Notes: generated from the sequence alone by a model not told the origin. Positions 34,101-49,100 are shown, counted from the stretch's first letter. The stretch is 64,000 bases of DNA from Eledone cirrhosa (GCA_964016885.1 OZ024740.1:144832001-144896000); one strand, 5' to 3'. A program made the numbers and translations.

Positions 34101-37100
34101 GTGGTGGTCGTAGTAGTGGCTGTGGTTGTTCTATAGTGGTATGGTGGTGGTGGTGGTCGTAGTAGTGGCTGTGGTTGTTCTATAGTGGTATGGTGGTGGT
34201 GGTGGTCGTAGTAGTGGCTGTGGTTGTTCTATAGTGGTATGGTGGTGGTGGTGGTCGTAGTAGTGGCTGTGGTTGTTCTATAGTGGTATGGTGTTGGTGG
34301 TGGCCGTAGTAGTGGCTGTGGTTGTTCTATTGTGGTATGGTGGTGGTGGTGGCGTAGTAGTGGCTGTGGTTGTTCTATAGTGGTATGCTGGTGGTGGTGG
34401 TCGTAGTAGTGGCTATCGTTGTTCTATAGTGGTATGGTGGTGGTGGTGGTCGTAGTAGTGGCTGTGGTTGTTCTATAGTGGTATGGTGGTGGTGGTGGTG
34501 GCCGTAGTAGTGGATGTGGTTGTTCTATAGTGGTATGGTTGTGGTGGTGGCCGTAGTAGTGGCTGTGGTTGTTCTATAGTGGTATGGTGGTGGTGGTGGT
34601 CGTAGTAGTGGCTTTGGTTGTTCTGTAGTGGTATGGTGGTAGTGGTGGCCGTAGTAGTGGCTGTGGTTGTTCTATAGTGGTATGGTGGTGGTGGTGGTCG
34701 TAGTAGTGGCTGTAGTTGTTCTATAGTGGTATGGTGGTGGTGATAGTCGTAGTAGTGGCTGTGGTTGTTCTATAGTGATATGGTGGTGGTGGTGGCCGTA
34801 GTAGTGGCTGTGGTTGTTCTATAGTGGTATGGTGGTGGTGGTAGTCGTAGTAGTGGCTGTGGTTGTTCTATAGTGGTATGGTGGTGGTGGTGGTCGTAGT
34901 AGTGGCTGTGGTTGTTCTATAGTGGTATGGTGGTGGTGGTGGTCGTAGTAGTGGCTGTGGTTGTTCTATAGTGGTATGGTGGTGGTGGTAGTCGTAGTAG
35001 TGGCTGTGGTGGTTCTATAGTGGTATGGTGGTGTTGGTGGCCGTAGTAGTGGCTGTGGTTGTTCTATAGTGGTATGGTGGTGGTGGTGGTCGTAGTAGTG
35101 GCTGTGGTTGTTCTATAGTGGTATGGTGGTGGTGGTGGTCGTAGTAGTGGCTGTGGTTGTTCTATAGTGGTATGGTGGTGGTGGTGGTCGTAGTAGTGGC
35201 TGTGGTTGTTCTATAGTGGTATGGTGTTGGTGGTGGCCGTAGTAGTGGCTGTGGTTGTTCTATTGTGGTATGGTGGTGGTGGTGGCGTAGTAGTGGCTGT
35301 GGTTGTTCTATAGTGATATGGTGGTGGTGGTGGCCGTAGTAGTGGCTGTGGTTGTTCTATAGTGGTATGCTGGTGGTGGTGGGCGTAGTAGTGGCTGTCG
35401 TTGTTCTATAGTGGTATGGTGGTGGTGGTGGTCGTAGTAGTGGCTGTGGTTGTTCTATAGTGGTATGGTGGTGGTGGTGGTGGCCGTAGTAGTGGCTGTG
35501 GTTGTTCTATAGTGGTATGGTTGTGGTGGTGGCCGTAGTAGTGGCTGTGGTTGTTCTATAGTGGTATGGTGGTGGTGGTGGTCGTAGTAGTGGCTTTGGT
35601 TGTTCTGTAGTGGTATGGTGGTGGTGGTGGCCGTAGTAGTGGCTGTGGTTGTTCTATAGTGGTATGGTGGTGGTGGTGGTCGTAGTAGTGGCTGTAGTTG
35701 TTCTATAGTGGTATGGTTGTGGTGATAGTCGTAGTAGTGGCTGTGGTTGTTCTATAGTGATATGGTGGTGGTGGTGGCCGTAGTAGTGGCTGTGGTTGTT
35801 CTATAGTGCTATGGTGGTGGTGGTAGTCGTAGTAGTGGCTGTGGTTGTTCTATAGTGGTATGGTGGTGGTGGTGGTCGTAGTAGTGGCTGTGGTTGTTCT
35901 ATAGTGGTATGGTGGTGGTGGTGGTCGTAGTAGTGGCTGTGGTTGTTCTATAGTGGTATGGTGGTGGTGGTAGTCGTAGTAGTGGCTGTGGTTGTTCTAT
36001 AGTGGTATGGTGGTGTTGGTGGCCGTAGTAGTGGCTGTGGTTGTTCTATAGTGGTATGGTGGTGGTGGTGGTCGTAGTAGTGGCTGTGGTTGTTCTATAG
36101 TGGTATGGTGGTGGTGGTGGTCGTAGTAGTGGCTGTGGTTGTTCTATAGTGGTATGGTGGTGGTGGTGGTCGTAGTAGTGGCTGTGGTTGTTCTATAGTG
36201 GTATGGTGGTGGTGGTGGTCGTAGTAGTGGCTGTGGTTGTTCTATAGTGGTATGGTGTTGGTGGTGGCCGTAGTAGTGGCTGTGGTTGTTCTATTGTGGT
36301 ATGGTGGTGGTGGTGGCGTAGTAGTGGCTGTGGTTGTTCTATAGTGATATGGTGGTGGTGGTGGCCGTAGTAGTGGCTGTGGTTGTTCTATAGTGGTATG
36401 CTGGTGGTGGTGGTCGTAGTAGTGGCTGTCGTTGTTCTATAGTGGTATGGTGGTGGTGGTGGTCGTAGTAGTGGCTGTGGTTGTTCTATAGTGGTATGGT
36501 GGTGGTGGTGGTGGCCGTAGTAGTGGCTGTGGTTGTTCTATAGTGGTATGGTTGTGGTGGTGGCCGTAGTAGTGGCTGTGGTTGTTCTATAGTGGTATGG
36601 TGGTGGTGGTGGTCGTAGTAGTGGCTGTCGTTGTTCTATAGTGGTATGGTGGTGGTCGTAGTAGTGGCTGTGGTTGTTCTATAGTGGTATGGTGGTGGTG
36701 GTGGTCGTAGTAGTGGCTGTGGTTGTTCTATAGTGGTATGGTGGTGGTGGTGGCCGTAGTAGTGGCTGTGGTTGTTCTATTGTGGTATGGTGGTGGTGGT
36801 CGTAGTAGTGGCTGTGGTTGTTCTATAGTGGTATGGTGGTGGTGGTGGTCGTAGTAGTGGCTGTGGTTGTTCTATAGTGGTATGGTGGTGGTGGTGGTCG
36901 TAGTAGTGGCTGTGGTTGTTCTATAGTGGTATGGTGGTGGTGGTGGCCGTAGTAGTGGCTGTGGTTGTTCTATAGTGGTATGGTGGTGGTCGTCGTAGTA
37001 GTGGCTGTGGTTGTTCTATAGTGGTATGGTGGTGGTGGTGACCGTAGTAGTGGCTGTGCTTGTTCTATAGTGGTATGGTGGTGGTGGTGGCCGTAGTAGT

Positions 37101-40100
37101 GGTTGTGGTTGTTCTATAGTGGTATGGTGTTGGTGGTGGTCGTAGTAGTGGCTGTTGTTGTTCTATAGTGGTATGGTGGTGGTGGTGACCTTAGTAGTGG
37201 TTGTGGTTGTTCTATAGTGGTATGGTGTTGGTGGTGGTCGTAGTAGTGGCTGTGGTTGTTCTATAGTGGTGTGGTGGTGATGGTGGCCGTAGTAGTGACT
37301 GTGGTTGTTCTATAGTGGTATGGTGGTGGTGGTGACCTTAGTAGTGGTTGTGGTTGTTCTATAGTGGTATGGTGTTGGTGGTGGGCGTAGTAGTGGCTGT
37401 GGTTGTTCTATAGTGGTATGGTGGTGGTGGTGGCCGTAGTAGTGGCTGTGGTTGTTCTATAGTGGTATGGTGGTGGTGGCCGTAGTAGTGGCTGTGGTTG
37501 TTCTATAGTGGTATGGTGGTGGTGGCCGTAGTAGTGGCTGTGGTTGTTCTATAGTGGTATGGTGGTGGTGGCCGTAGTAGTGGCTGTGGTTGTTCTATAG
37601 TGGTATGGTGGTGGTGGTGGGCGTAGTAGTGGCTGTGGTTGTTCTATAGTGGTATGGTGGTGGTGGTGGTCGTAGTAGTGGCTGTGGTTGTTCTATAGTG
37701 GTATGGTGGTGGTGGTGGTCGTAGTAGTGGCTGTCGTTGTTCTATAGTGGTATGGTGTTGGTGGTGGGCGTAGTAGTGGCTGAGGTTGTTCTATAGTGGT
37801 ATGGTGGTGGTGGTCGTAGTAGTGGTTGTGGTTGTTCTATAGTGGTATGGTGGTGGTGGTCGTAGTAGTGGTTGTGGTTGTTCTATAGTGGTATGGTGGT
37901 GGTGGTCGTAGTAGTGGTTGTGGTTGTTCTATAGTGGTATGGTGGTGGTGGTCGTAGTAGTGGCTGTGGTTGTTCTATAGTGGTATGGTGGTGGTGGTCG
38001 TAGTAGTGGCTGTGGTTGTTCTATAGTGGTATGGTGGTGGTGGTGGTCGTAGTAGTGGCTGTGGTTGTTCTATAGTGGTATGGTGTTGGTGGTGGCCGTA
38101 GTAGTGGCTGTGGTTGTTCTATTGTGGTATGGTGGTGGTGGTGGCGTAGTAGTGGCTGTGGTTGTTCTATAGTGATATGGTGGTGGTGGTGGCCGTAGTA
38201 GTGGCTGTGGTTGTTCTATAGTGGTATGCTGGTGGTGGTGGTCGTAGTAGTGGCTGTCGTTGTTCTATAGTGGTATGGTGGTGGTGGTGGTCGTAGTAGT
38301 GGCTGTGGTTGTTCTATAGTGGTATGGTGGTGGTGGTGGTGGCCGTAGTAGTGGATGTGGTTGTTCTATAGTGGTATGGTTGTGGTGGTGGCCGTAGTAG
38401 TGGCTGTGGTTGTTCTATAGTGGTATGGTGGTGGTGGTGGTCGTAGTAGTGGCTTTGGTTGTTCTGTAGTGGTATGGTGGTAGTGGTGGCCGTAGTAGTG
38501 GCTGTGGTTGTTCTATAGTGGTATGGTGGTGGTGGTGGTCGTAGTAGTGGCTGTAGTTGTTCTATAGTGGTATGGTGGTGGTGATAGTCGTAGTAGTGGC
38601 TGTGGTTGTTCTATAGTGATATGGTGGTGGTGGTGGCCGTAGTAGTGGCTGTGGTTGTTCTATAGTGGTATGGTGGTGGTGGTAGTCGTAGTAGTGGCTG
38701 TGGTTGTTCTATAGTGGTATGGTGGTGGTGGTGGTCGTAGTAGTGGCTGTGGTTGTTCTATAGTGGTATGGTGGTGGTGGTGGTCGTAGTAGTGGCTGTG
38801 GTTGTTCTATAGTGGTATGGTGGTGGTGGTAGTCGTAGTAGTGGCTGTGGTGGTTCTATAGTGGTATGGTGGTGTTGGTGGCCGTAGTAGTGGCTGTGGT
38901 TGTTCTATAGTGGTATGGTGGTGGTGGTGGTCGTAGTAGTGGCTGTGGTTGTTCTATAGTGGTATGGTGGTGGTGGTGGTCGTAGTAGTGGCTGTGGTTG
39001 TTCTATAGTGGTATGGTGGTGGTGGTGGTCGTAGTAGTGGCTGTGGTTGTTCTATAGTGGTATGGTGTTGGTGGTGGCCGTAGTAGTGGCTGTGGTTGTT
39101 CTATTGTGGTATGGTGGTGGTGGTGGCGTAGTAGTGGCTGTGGTTGTTCTATAGTGATATGGTGGTGGTGGTGGCCGTAGTAGTGGCTGTGGTTGTTCTA
39201 TAGTGGTATGCTGGTGGTGGTGGGCGTAGTAGTGGCTGTCGTTGTTCTATAGTGGTATGGTGGTGGTGGTGGTCGTAGTAGTGGCTGTGGTTGTTCTATA
39301 GTGGTATGGTGGTGGTGGTGGTGGCCGTAGTAGTGGCTGTGGTTGTTCTATAGTGGTATGGTTGTGGTGGTGGCCGTAGTAGTGGCTGTGGTTGTTCTAT
39401 AGTGGTATGGTGGTGGTGGTGGTCGTAGTAGTGGCTTTGGTTGTTCTGTAGTGGTATGGTGGTGGTGGTGGCCGTAGTAGTGGCTGTGGTTGTTCTATAG
39501 TGGTATGGTGGTGGTGGTGGTCGTAGTAGTGGCTGTAGTTGTTCTATAGTGGTATGGTTGTGGTGATAGTCGTAGTAGTGGCTGTGGTTGTTCTATAGTG
39601 ATATGGTGGTGGTGGTGGCCGTAGTAGTGGCTGTGGTTGTTCTATAGTGGTATGGTGGTGGTGGTAGTCGTAGTAGTGGCTGTGGTTGTTCTATAGTGGT
39701 ATGGTGGTGGTGGTGGTCGTAGTAGTGGCTGTGGTTGTTCTATAGTGGTATGGTGGTGGTGGTGGTCGTAGTAGTGGCTGTGGTTGTTCTATAGTGGTAT
39801 GGTGGTGGTGGTAGTCGTAGTAGTGGCTGTGGTTGTTCTATAGTGGTATGGTGGTGTTGGTGGCCGTAGTAGTGGCTGTGGTTGTTCTATAGTGGTATGG
39901 TGGTGGTGGTGGTCGTAGTAGTGGCTGTGGTTGTTCTATAGTGGTATGGTGGTGGTGGTGGTCGTAGTAGTGGCTGTGGTTGTTCTATAGTGGTATGGTG
40001 GTGGTGGTGGTCGTAGTAGTGGCTGTGGTTGTTCTATAGTGGTATGGTGGTGGTGGTGGTCGTAGTAGTGGCTGTGGTTGTTCTATAGTGGTATGGTGTT

Positions 40101-43100
40101 GGTGGTGGCCGTAGTAGTGGCTGTGGTTGTTCTATTGTGGTATGGTGGTGGTGGTGGCGTAGTAGTGGCTGTGGTTGTTCTATAGTGATATGGTGGTGGT
40201 GGTGGCCGTAGTAGTGGCTGTGGTTGTTCTATAGTGGTATGCTGGTGGTGGTGGTCGTAGTAGTGGCTGTCGTTGTTCTATAGTGGTATGGTGGTGGTGG
40301 TGGTCGTAGTAGTGGCTGTGGTTGTTCTATAGTGGTATGGTGGTGGTGGTGGTGGCCGTAGTAGTGGCTGTGGTTGTTCTATAGTGGTATGGTTGTGGTG
40401 GTGGCCGTAGTAGTGGCTGTGGTTGTTCTATAGTGGTATGGTGGTGGTGGTGGTCGTAGTAGTGGCTGTCGTTGTTCTATAGTGGTATGGTGGTGGTCGT
40501 AGTAGTGGCTGTGGTTGTTCTATAGTGGTATGGTGGTGGTGGTGGTCGTAGTAGTGGCTGTGGTTGTTCTATAGTGGTATGGTGGTGGTGGTGGCCGTAG
40601 TAGTGGCTGTGGTTGTTCTATTGTGGTATGGTGGTGGTGGTCGTAGTAGTGGCTGTGGTTGTTCTATAGTGGTATGGTGGTGGTGGTGGTCGTAGTAGTG
40701 GCTGTGGTTGTTCTATAGTGGTATGGTGGTGGTGGTGGTCGTAGTAGTGGCTGTGGTTGTTCTATAGTGGTATGGTGGTGGTGGTGGCCGTAGTAGTGGC
40801 TGTGGTTGTTCTATAGTGGTATGGTGGTGGTCGTCGTAGTAGTGGCTGTGGTTGTTCTATAGTGGTATGGTGGTGGTGGTGACCGTAGTAGTGGCTGTGC
40901 TTGTTCTATAGTGGTATGGTGGTGGTGGTGGCCGTAGTAGTGGTTGTGGTTGTTCTATAGTGGTATGGTGTTGGTGGTGGTCGTAGTAGTGGCTGTTGTT
41001 GTTCTATAGTGGTATGGTGGTGGTGGTGACCTTAGTAGTGGTTGTGGTTGTTCTATAGTGGTATGGTGTTGGTGGTGGTCGTAGTAGTGGCTGTGGTTGT
41101 TCTATAGTGGTGTGGTGGTGATGGTGGCCGTAGTAGTGACTGTGGTTGTTCTATAGTGGTATGGTGGTGGTGGTGACCTTAGTAGTGGTTGTGGTTGTTC
41201 TATAGTGGTATGGTGTTGGTGGTGGGCGTAGTAGTGGCTGTGGTTGTTCTATAGTGGTATGGTGGTGGTGGTGGCCGTAGTAGTGGCTGTGGTTGTTCTA
41301 TAGTGGTATGGTGGTGGTGGCCGTAGTAGTGGCTGTGGTTGTTCTATAGTGGTATGGTGGTGGTGGCCGTAGTAGTGGCTGTGGTTGTTCTATAGTGGTA
41401 TGGTGGTGGTGGCCGTAGTAGTGGCTGTGGTTGTTCTATAGTGGTATGGTGGTGGTGGTGGGCGTAGTAGTGGCTGTGGTTGTTCTATAGTGGTATGGTG
41501 GTGGTGGTGGTCGTAGTAGTGGCTGTGGTTGTTCTATAGTGGTATGGTGGTGGTGGTGGTCGTAGTAGTGGCTGTCGTTGTTCTATAGTGGTATGGTGTT
41601 GGTGGTGGGCGTAGTAGTGGCTGAGGTTGTTCTATAGTGGTATGGTGGTGGTGGTCGTAGTAGTGGTTGTGGTTGTTCTATAGTGGTATGGTGGTGGTGG
41701 TCGTAGTAGTGGTTGTGGTTGTTCTATAGTGGTATGGTGGTGGTGGTCGTAGTAGTGGTTGTGGTTGTTCTATAGTGGTATGGTGGTGGTGGTCGTAGTA
41801 GTGGCTGTGGTTGTTCTATAGTGGTATGGTGGTGGTGGTCGTAGTAGTGGCTGTGGTTGTTCTATAGTGGTATGGTGGTGGTGGTAGTCGTAGTAGTGGC
41901 TGTGGTTGTTCTATAGTGGTATGGTGGTGGTGGTGGCCGTAGTAGTGGCTGTGGTTGTTCTATAGTGGTATGGTGGTGGTGGTGGTCGTAGTAGTGGCTG
42001 TGGTTGTTCTATAGTGGTATGGTGGTGGTGGTGGTCGTAGTAGTGGCTGTGGTTGTTCTATAGTGGTATGGTGGTGGTGGTGGTCGTAGTAGTGGCTGTG
42101 GTTGTTCTATAGTGGTATGGTGTTGGTGGTGGCCGTAGTAGTGGCTGTGGTTGTTCTATTGTGGTATGGTGGTGGTGGTGGCGTAGTAGTGGCTGTGGTT
42201 GTTCTATAGTGATATGGTGGTGGTGGTGGCCGTAGTAGTGGCTGTGGTTGTTCTATAGTGGTATGCTGGTGGTGGTGGGCGTAGTAGTGGCTGTCGTTGT
42301 TCTATAGTGGTATGGTGGTGGTGGTGGTCGTAGTAGTGGCTGTGGTTGTTCTATAGTGGTATGGTGGTGGTGGTGGTGGCCGTAGTAGTGGCTGTGGTTG
42401 TTCTATAGTGGTATGGTTGTGGTGGTGGCCGTAGTAGTGGCTGTGGTTGTTCTATAGTGGTATGGTGGTGGTGGTGGTCGTAGTAGTGGCTTTGGTTGTT
42501 CTGTAGTGGTATGGTGGTGGTGGTGGCCGTAGTAGTGGCTGTGGTTGTTCTATAGTGGTATGGTGGTGGTGGTGGTCGTAGTAGTGGCTGTAGTTGTTCT
42601 ATAGTGGTATGGTTGTGGTGATAGTCGTAGTAGTGGCTGTGGTTGTTCTATAGTGATATGGTGGTGGTGGTGGCCGTAGTAGTGGCTGTGGTTGTTCTAT
42701 AGTGGTATGGTGGTGGTGGTAGTCGTAGTAGTGGCTGTGGTTGTTCTATAGTGGTATGGTGGTGGTGGTGGTCGTAGTAGTGGCTGTGGTTGTTCTATAG
42801 TGGTATGGTGGTGGTGGTGGTCGTAGTAGTGGCTGTGGTTGTTCTATAGTGGTATGGTGGTGGTGGTAGTCGTAGTAGTGGCTGTGGTTGTTCTATAGTG
42901 GTATGGTGGTGTTGGTGGCCGTAGTAGTGGCTGTGGTTGTTCTATAGTGGTATGGTGGTGGTGGTGGTCGTAGTAGTGGCTGTGGTTGTTCTATAGTGGT
43001 ATGGTGGTGGTGGTGGTCGTAGTAGTGGCTGTGGTTGTTCTATAGTGGTATGGTGGTGGTGGTGGTCGTAGTAGTGGCTGTGGTTGTTCTATAGTGGTAT

Positions 43101-46100
43101 GGTGGTGGTGGTGGTCGTAGTAGTGGCTGTGGTTGTTCTATAGTGGTATGGTGTTGGTGGTGGCCGTAGTAGTGGCTGTGGTTGTTCTATTGTGGTATGG
43201 TGGTGGTGGTGGCGTAGTAGTGGCTGTGGTTGTTCTATAGTGATATGGTGGTGGTGGTGGCCGTAGTAGTGGCTGTGGTTGTTCTATAGTGGTATGCTGG
43301 TGGTGGTGGTCGTAGTAGTGGCTGTCGTTGTTCTATAGTGGTATGGTGGTGGTGGTGGTCGTAGTAGTGGCTGTGGTTGTTCTATAGTGGTATGGTGGTG
43401 GTGGTGGTGGCCGTAGTAGTGGCTGTGGTTGTTCTATAGTGGTATGGTTGTGGTGGTGGCCGTAGTAGTGGCTGTGGTTGTTCTATAGTGGTATGGTGGT
43501 GGTGGTGGTCGTAGTAGTGGCTGTCGTTGTTCTATAGTGGTATGGTGGTGGTCGTAGTAGTGGCTGTGGTTGTTCTATAGTGGTATGGTGGTGGTGGTGG
43601 TCGTAGTAGTGGCTGTGGTTGTTCTATAGTGGTATGGTGGTGGTGGTGGCCGTAGTAGTGGCTGTGGTTGTTCTATTGTGGTATGGTGGTGGTGGTCGTA
43701 GTAGTGGCTGTGGTTGTTCTATAGTGGTATGGTGGTGGTGGTGGTCGTAGTAGTGGCTGTGGTTGTTCTATAGTGGTATGGTGGTGGTGGTGGTCGTAGT
43801 AGTGGCTGTGGTTGTTCTATAGTGGTATGGTGGTGGTGGTGGCCGTAGTAGTGGCTGTGGTTGTTCTATAGTGGTATGGTGGTGGTCGTCGTAGTAGTGG
43901 CTGTGGTTGTTCTATAGTGGTATGGTGGTGGTGGTGACCGTAGTAGTGGCTGTGCTTGTTCTATAGTGGTATGGTGGTGGTGGTGGCCGTAGTAGTGGTT
44001 GTGGTTGTTCTATAGTGGTATGGTGTTGGTGGTGGTCGTAGTAGTGGCTGTTGTTGTTCTATAGTGGTATGGTGGTGGTGGTGACCTTAGTAGTGGTTGT
44101 GGTTGTTCTATAGTGGTATGGTGTTGGTGGTGGTCGTAGTAGTGGCTGTGGTTGTTCTATAGTGGTGTGGTGGTGATGGTGGCCGTAGTAGTGACTGTGG
44201 TTGTTCTATAGTGGTATGGTGGTGGTGGTGACCTTAGTAGTGGTTGTGGTTGTTCTATAGTGGTATGGTGTTGGTGGTGGGCGTAGTAGTGGCTGTGGTT
44301 GTTCTATAGTGGTATGGTGGTGGTGGTGGCCGTAGTAGTGGCTGTGGTTGTTCTATAGTGGTATGGTGGTGGTGGCCGTAGTAGTGGCTGTGGTTGTTCT
44401 ATAGTGGTATGGTGGTGGTGGCCGTAGTAGTGGCTGTGGTTGTTCTATAGTGGTATGGTGGTGGTGGCCGTAGTAGTGGCTGTGGTTGTTCTATAGTGGT
44501 ATGGTGGTGGTGGTGGGCGTAGTAGTGGCTGTGGTTGTTCTATAGTGGTATGGTGGTGGTGGTGGTCGTAGTAGTGGCTGTGGTTGTTCTATAGTGGTAT
44601 GGTGGTGGTGGTGGTCGTAGTAGTGGCTGTCGTTGTTCTATAGTGGTATGGTGTTGGTGGTGGGCGTAGTAGTGGCTGAGGTTGTTCTATAGTGGTATGG
44701 TGGTGGTGGTCGTAGTAGTGGTTGTGGTTGTTCTATAGTGGTATGGTGGTGGTGGTCGTAGTAGTGGTTGTGGTTGTTCTATAGTGGTATGGTGGTGGTG
44801 GTCGTAGTAGTGGTTGTGGTTGTTCTATAGTGGTATGGTGGTGGTGGTCGTAGTAGTGGCTGTGGTTGTTCTATAGTGGTATGGTGGTGGTGGTCGTAGT
44901 AGTGGCTGTGGTTGTTCTATAGTGGTATGGTGGTGGTGGTAGTCGTAGTAGTGGCTGTGGTTGTTCTATAGTGGTATGGTGGTGGTGGTGGCCGTAGTAG
45001 TGGCTGTGGTTGTTCTATAGTGGTATGGTGGTGGTCGTAGTAGTGGCTGTGGTTGTTCTATAGTGGTATGGTGGTGGTGGTGGCCGTAGTAGTGGCTGTG
45101 GTTGTTCTATAGTGGTATGGTGGTGGTGGTGGTCGTAGTAGTGGCTGTGGTTGTTCTATAGTGGTATGGTGGTGGTGGTGGCCGTAGTAGTGACTGTGGT
45201 TGTTCTATAGTGGTATGGTGGTGGTGGTCGTAGTAGTGGCTGTGGTTGTTCTATAGTGGTATGGTGGTGGTGGTAGTCGTAGTAGTGGCTGTGGTTGTTC
45301 TATAGTGGTATGGTGGTGGTGGTGGTCGTAGTAGTGGCTGTGGTTGTTCTATAGTGGTATGGTGGTGGTGGTGGCCGTAGTAGTGGCTGTGGTTGTTCTA
45401 TAGTGGTATGGTGGTGGTGGTGGTCGTAGTAGTGGCTGTGGTTGTTCTATAGTGGTATGGTGGTGGTGGTGGCCGTAGTAGTGGCTGTGGTTGTTCTATA
45501 GTGGTATGGTGGTGGTGGTGGCCGTATTAGTGGCTGTGGTTATTCTATAGTGGTATGGTGGTGGTGGTGGTCGTAGTAGTGGCTGTGGTTGTTCTATAGT
45601 GGTATGATGGTGGTGGCCGTAGTAGTGGCTGTGGTTGTTCTATAGTGGTATGGTGGTGGTGGTGGCCGTAGTAGTGGCTGTGGTTGTTCTATAGTGGTAT
45701 GGTGTTGGTGGTGGGCGTAGTAGTGGCTGTGGTTGTTCTATAGTGGTATGGTGGTGGTGGTGGCCGTAGTAGTGGCTGTGGTTGTTCTATAGTGGTATGG
45801 TGGTGGTGGTGGTCGTAGTAGTGGCTGTCGTTGTTCTATAGTGGTATGGTGTTGGTGGTGGGCGTAGTAGTGGCTGTGGTTGTTCTATAGTGGTATGGTG
45901 GTGGTAGTGGCCGTAGTAGTGGCTGTGGTTGTTCTATAGTGGTATGGTGTTGGTGGTGGGCGTAGTAGTGGCTGTGGCTGTTCTATAGTGGTATGGTGGT
46001 GGTGGTGGTCGTAGTAGTTGCTGTGTTTGTTCTATAGTGGTATGGTGGTGGTGGTGGCCGTAGTAGTGGCTGTGGTTGTTCTTTAGTGGTATGGTGGTGG

Positions 46101-49100
46101 TGGTGGTCATAGTAGTGGCTGTCGTTGTTCTATAGTGGTATGGTGGTGGTGGTGGCCGTAGTAGTGGCTGTGGTTGTTCTATAGTGGTATGGTGGTGGTG
46201 GTGGTCGTAGTAGTGGCTGTGGTTGTTCTATAGTGGTATGGTGTTGGTGGTGGTCGTAGTAGTGGCTGTTGTTGTTCTATAGTGGTATGGTGGTGGTGGT
46301 GACCTTAGTAGTGGTTGTGGTTGTTCTATAGTGGTATGGTGGTGGTGGTGGTCGTAGTAGTGGCTGTAGTTGTTCTATAGTGGTATGGTGGTGGTGGTGG
46401 TCGTTGTGGTGGCTGTGGTTGTTCTATAGTGGTATGGTGGTGGTGGTGGTCGTAGTAGTGGCTGTGGTTGTTCTATAGTGGTATGGTGGTGGTGGTGGTC
46501 GTAGTAGTGGCTTTGGTTGTTCTGTAGTGGTATGGTGGTGGTGGTAGCCGTAGTAGTGGCTGTGGTTGTTCTAGAGTGGTATGGTGGTGGTGGTGGTCGT
46601 AGTAGTGGCTGTAGTTGTTCTATAGTGGTATGGTGGTGGTGATAGTCGTAGTAGTGGCTGTGGTTGTTCTATAGTGATATGGTGGTGGTGGTGGCCGTAG
46701 TAGTGGCTGTGGTTGTTCTATAGTGGTATGGTGGTGGTGGTAGTCGTAGTAGTGGCTGTGGTTGTTCTATAGTGGTATGGTGGTGGTGGTGATCGTAGTA
46801 GTGGCTGTGGTTGTTCTATAGTGGTATGGTGGTGGTGGTGGTCGTAGTAGTGGCTGTGGTTGTTCTATAGTGGTATGGTGGTGGTGGTAGTCGTAGTAGT
46901 GGTTGTGGTTGTTCTATAGTGGTATGGTGGTGTTGGTGGCCGTAGTAGTGGCTGTGGTTGTTCTATAGTGGTATGGTGGTGGTGGTGGTCGTAGTAGTGG
47001 CTGTGGTTGTTCTATAGTGGTATGGTGGTGGTGGTGGTCGTAGTAGTGGCTGTGGTTGTTCTATAGTGGTATGGTGGTGGTGGTGGTCGTAGTAGTGGCT
47101 GTGGTTGTTCTATAGTGGTATGGTGGTGGTGGTGGTCGTAGTAGTGGCTGTGGTTGTTCTATAGTGGTATGGTGTTGGTGGTGGCCGTAGTAGTGGCTGT
47201 GGTTGTTCTATTGTGGTATGGTGGTGGTGGTGGCGTAGTAGTGGCTGTGGTTGTTCTATAGTGATATGGTGGTGGTGGTGGCCGTAGTAGTGGCTGTGGT
47301 TGTTCTATAGTGGTATGCTGGTGGTGGTGGTCGTAGTAGTGGCTGTCGTTGTTCTATAGTGGTATGGTGGTGGTGGTGGTCGTAGTAGTGGCTGTGGTTG
47401 TTCTATAGTGGTATGGTGGTGGTGGTGGTGGCCGTAGTAGTGGATGTGGTTGTTCTATAGTGGTATGGTTGTGGTGGTGGCCGTAGTAGTGGCTGTGGTT
47501 GTTCTATAGTGGTATGGTGGTGGTGGTGGTCGTAGTAGTGGCTTTGGTTGTTCTGTAGTGGTATGGTGGTAGTGGTGGCCGTAGTAGTGGCTGTGGTTGT
47601 TCTATAGTGGTATGGTGGTGGTGGTGGTCGTAGTAGTGGCTGTAGTTGTTCTATAGTGGTATGGTGGTGGTGATAGTCGTAGTAGTGGCTGTGGTTGTTC
47701 TATAGTGATATGGTGGTGGTGGTGGCCGTAGTAGTGGCTGTGGTTGTTCTATAGTGGTATGGTGGTGGTGGTAGTCGTAGTAGTGGCTGTGGTTGTTCTA
47801 TAGTGGTATGGTGGTGGTGGTGGTCGTAGTAGTGGCTGTGGTTGTTCTATAGTGGTATGGTGGTGGTGGTGGTCGTAGTAGTGGCTGTGGTTGTTCTATA
47901 GTGGTATGGTGGTGGTGGTAGTCGTAGTAGTGGCTGTGGTGGTTCTATAGTGGTATGGTGGTGTTGGTGGCCGTAGTAGTGGCTGTGGTTGTTCTATAGT
48001 GGTATGGTGGTGGTGGTGGTCGTAGTAGTGGCTGTGGTTGTTCTATAGTGGTATGGTGGTGGTGGTGGTCGTAGTAGTGGCTGTGGTTGTTCTATAGTGG
48101 TATGGTGGTGGTGGTGGTCGTAGTAGTGGCTGTGGTTGTTCTATAGTGGTATGGTGTTGGTGGTGGCCGTAGTAGTGGCTGTGGTTGTTCTATTGTGGTA
48201 TGGTGGTGGTGGTGGCGTAGTAGTGGCTGTGGTTGTTCTATAGTGATATGGTGGTGGTGGTGGCCGTAGTAGTGGCTGTGGTTGTTCTATAGTGGTATGC
48301 TGGTGGTGGTGGGCGTAGTAGTGGCTGTCGTTGTTCTATAGTGGTATGGTGGTGGTGGTGGTCGTAGTAGTGGCTGTGGTTGTTCTATAGTGGTATGGTG
48401 GTGGTGGTGGTGGCCGTAGTAGTGGCTGTGGTTGTTCTATAGTGGTATGGTTGTGGTGGTGGCCGTAGTAGTGGCTGTGGTTGTTCTATAGTGGTATGGT
48501 GGTGGTGGTGGTCGTAGTAGTGGCTTTGGTTGTTCTGTAGTGGTATGGTGGTGGTGGTGGCCGTAGTAGTGGCTGTGGTTGTTCTATAGTGGTATGGTGG
48601 TGGTGGTGGTCGTAGTAGTGGCTGTAGTTGTTCTATAGTGGTATGGTTGTGGTGATAGTCGTAGTAGTGGCTGTGGTTGTTCTATAGTGATATGGTGGTG
48701 GTGGTGGCCGTAGTAGTGGCTGTGGTTGTTCTATAGTGGTATGGTGGTGGTGGTAGTCATAGTAGTGGCTGTGGTTGTTCTATAGTGGTATGGTGGTGGT
48801 GGTGGTCGTAGTAGTGGCTGTGGTTGTTCTATAGTGGTATGGTGGTGGTGGTGGTCGTAGTAGTGGCTGTGGTTGTTCTATAGTGGTATGGTGGTGGTGG
48901 TAGTCGTAGTAGTGGCTGTGGTTGTTCTATAGTGGTATGGTGGTGTTGGTGGCCGTAGTAGTGGCTGTGGTTGTTCTATAGTGGTATGGTGGTGGTGGTG
49001 GTCGTAGTAGTGGCTGTGGTTGTTCTATAGTGGTATGGTGGTGGTGGTGGTCGTAGTAGTGGCTGTGGTCGTTCTATAGTGGTATGGTGGTGGTGGTGGT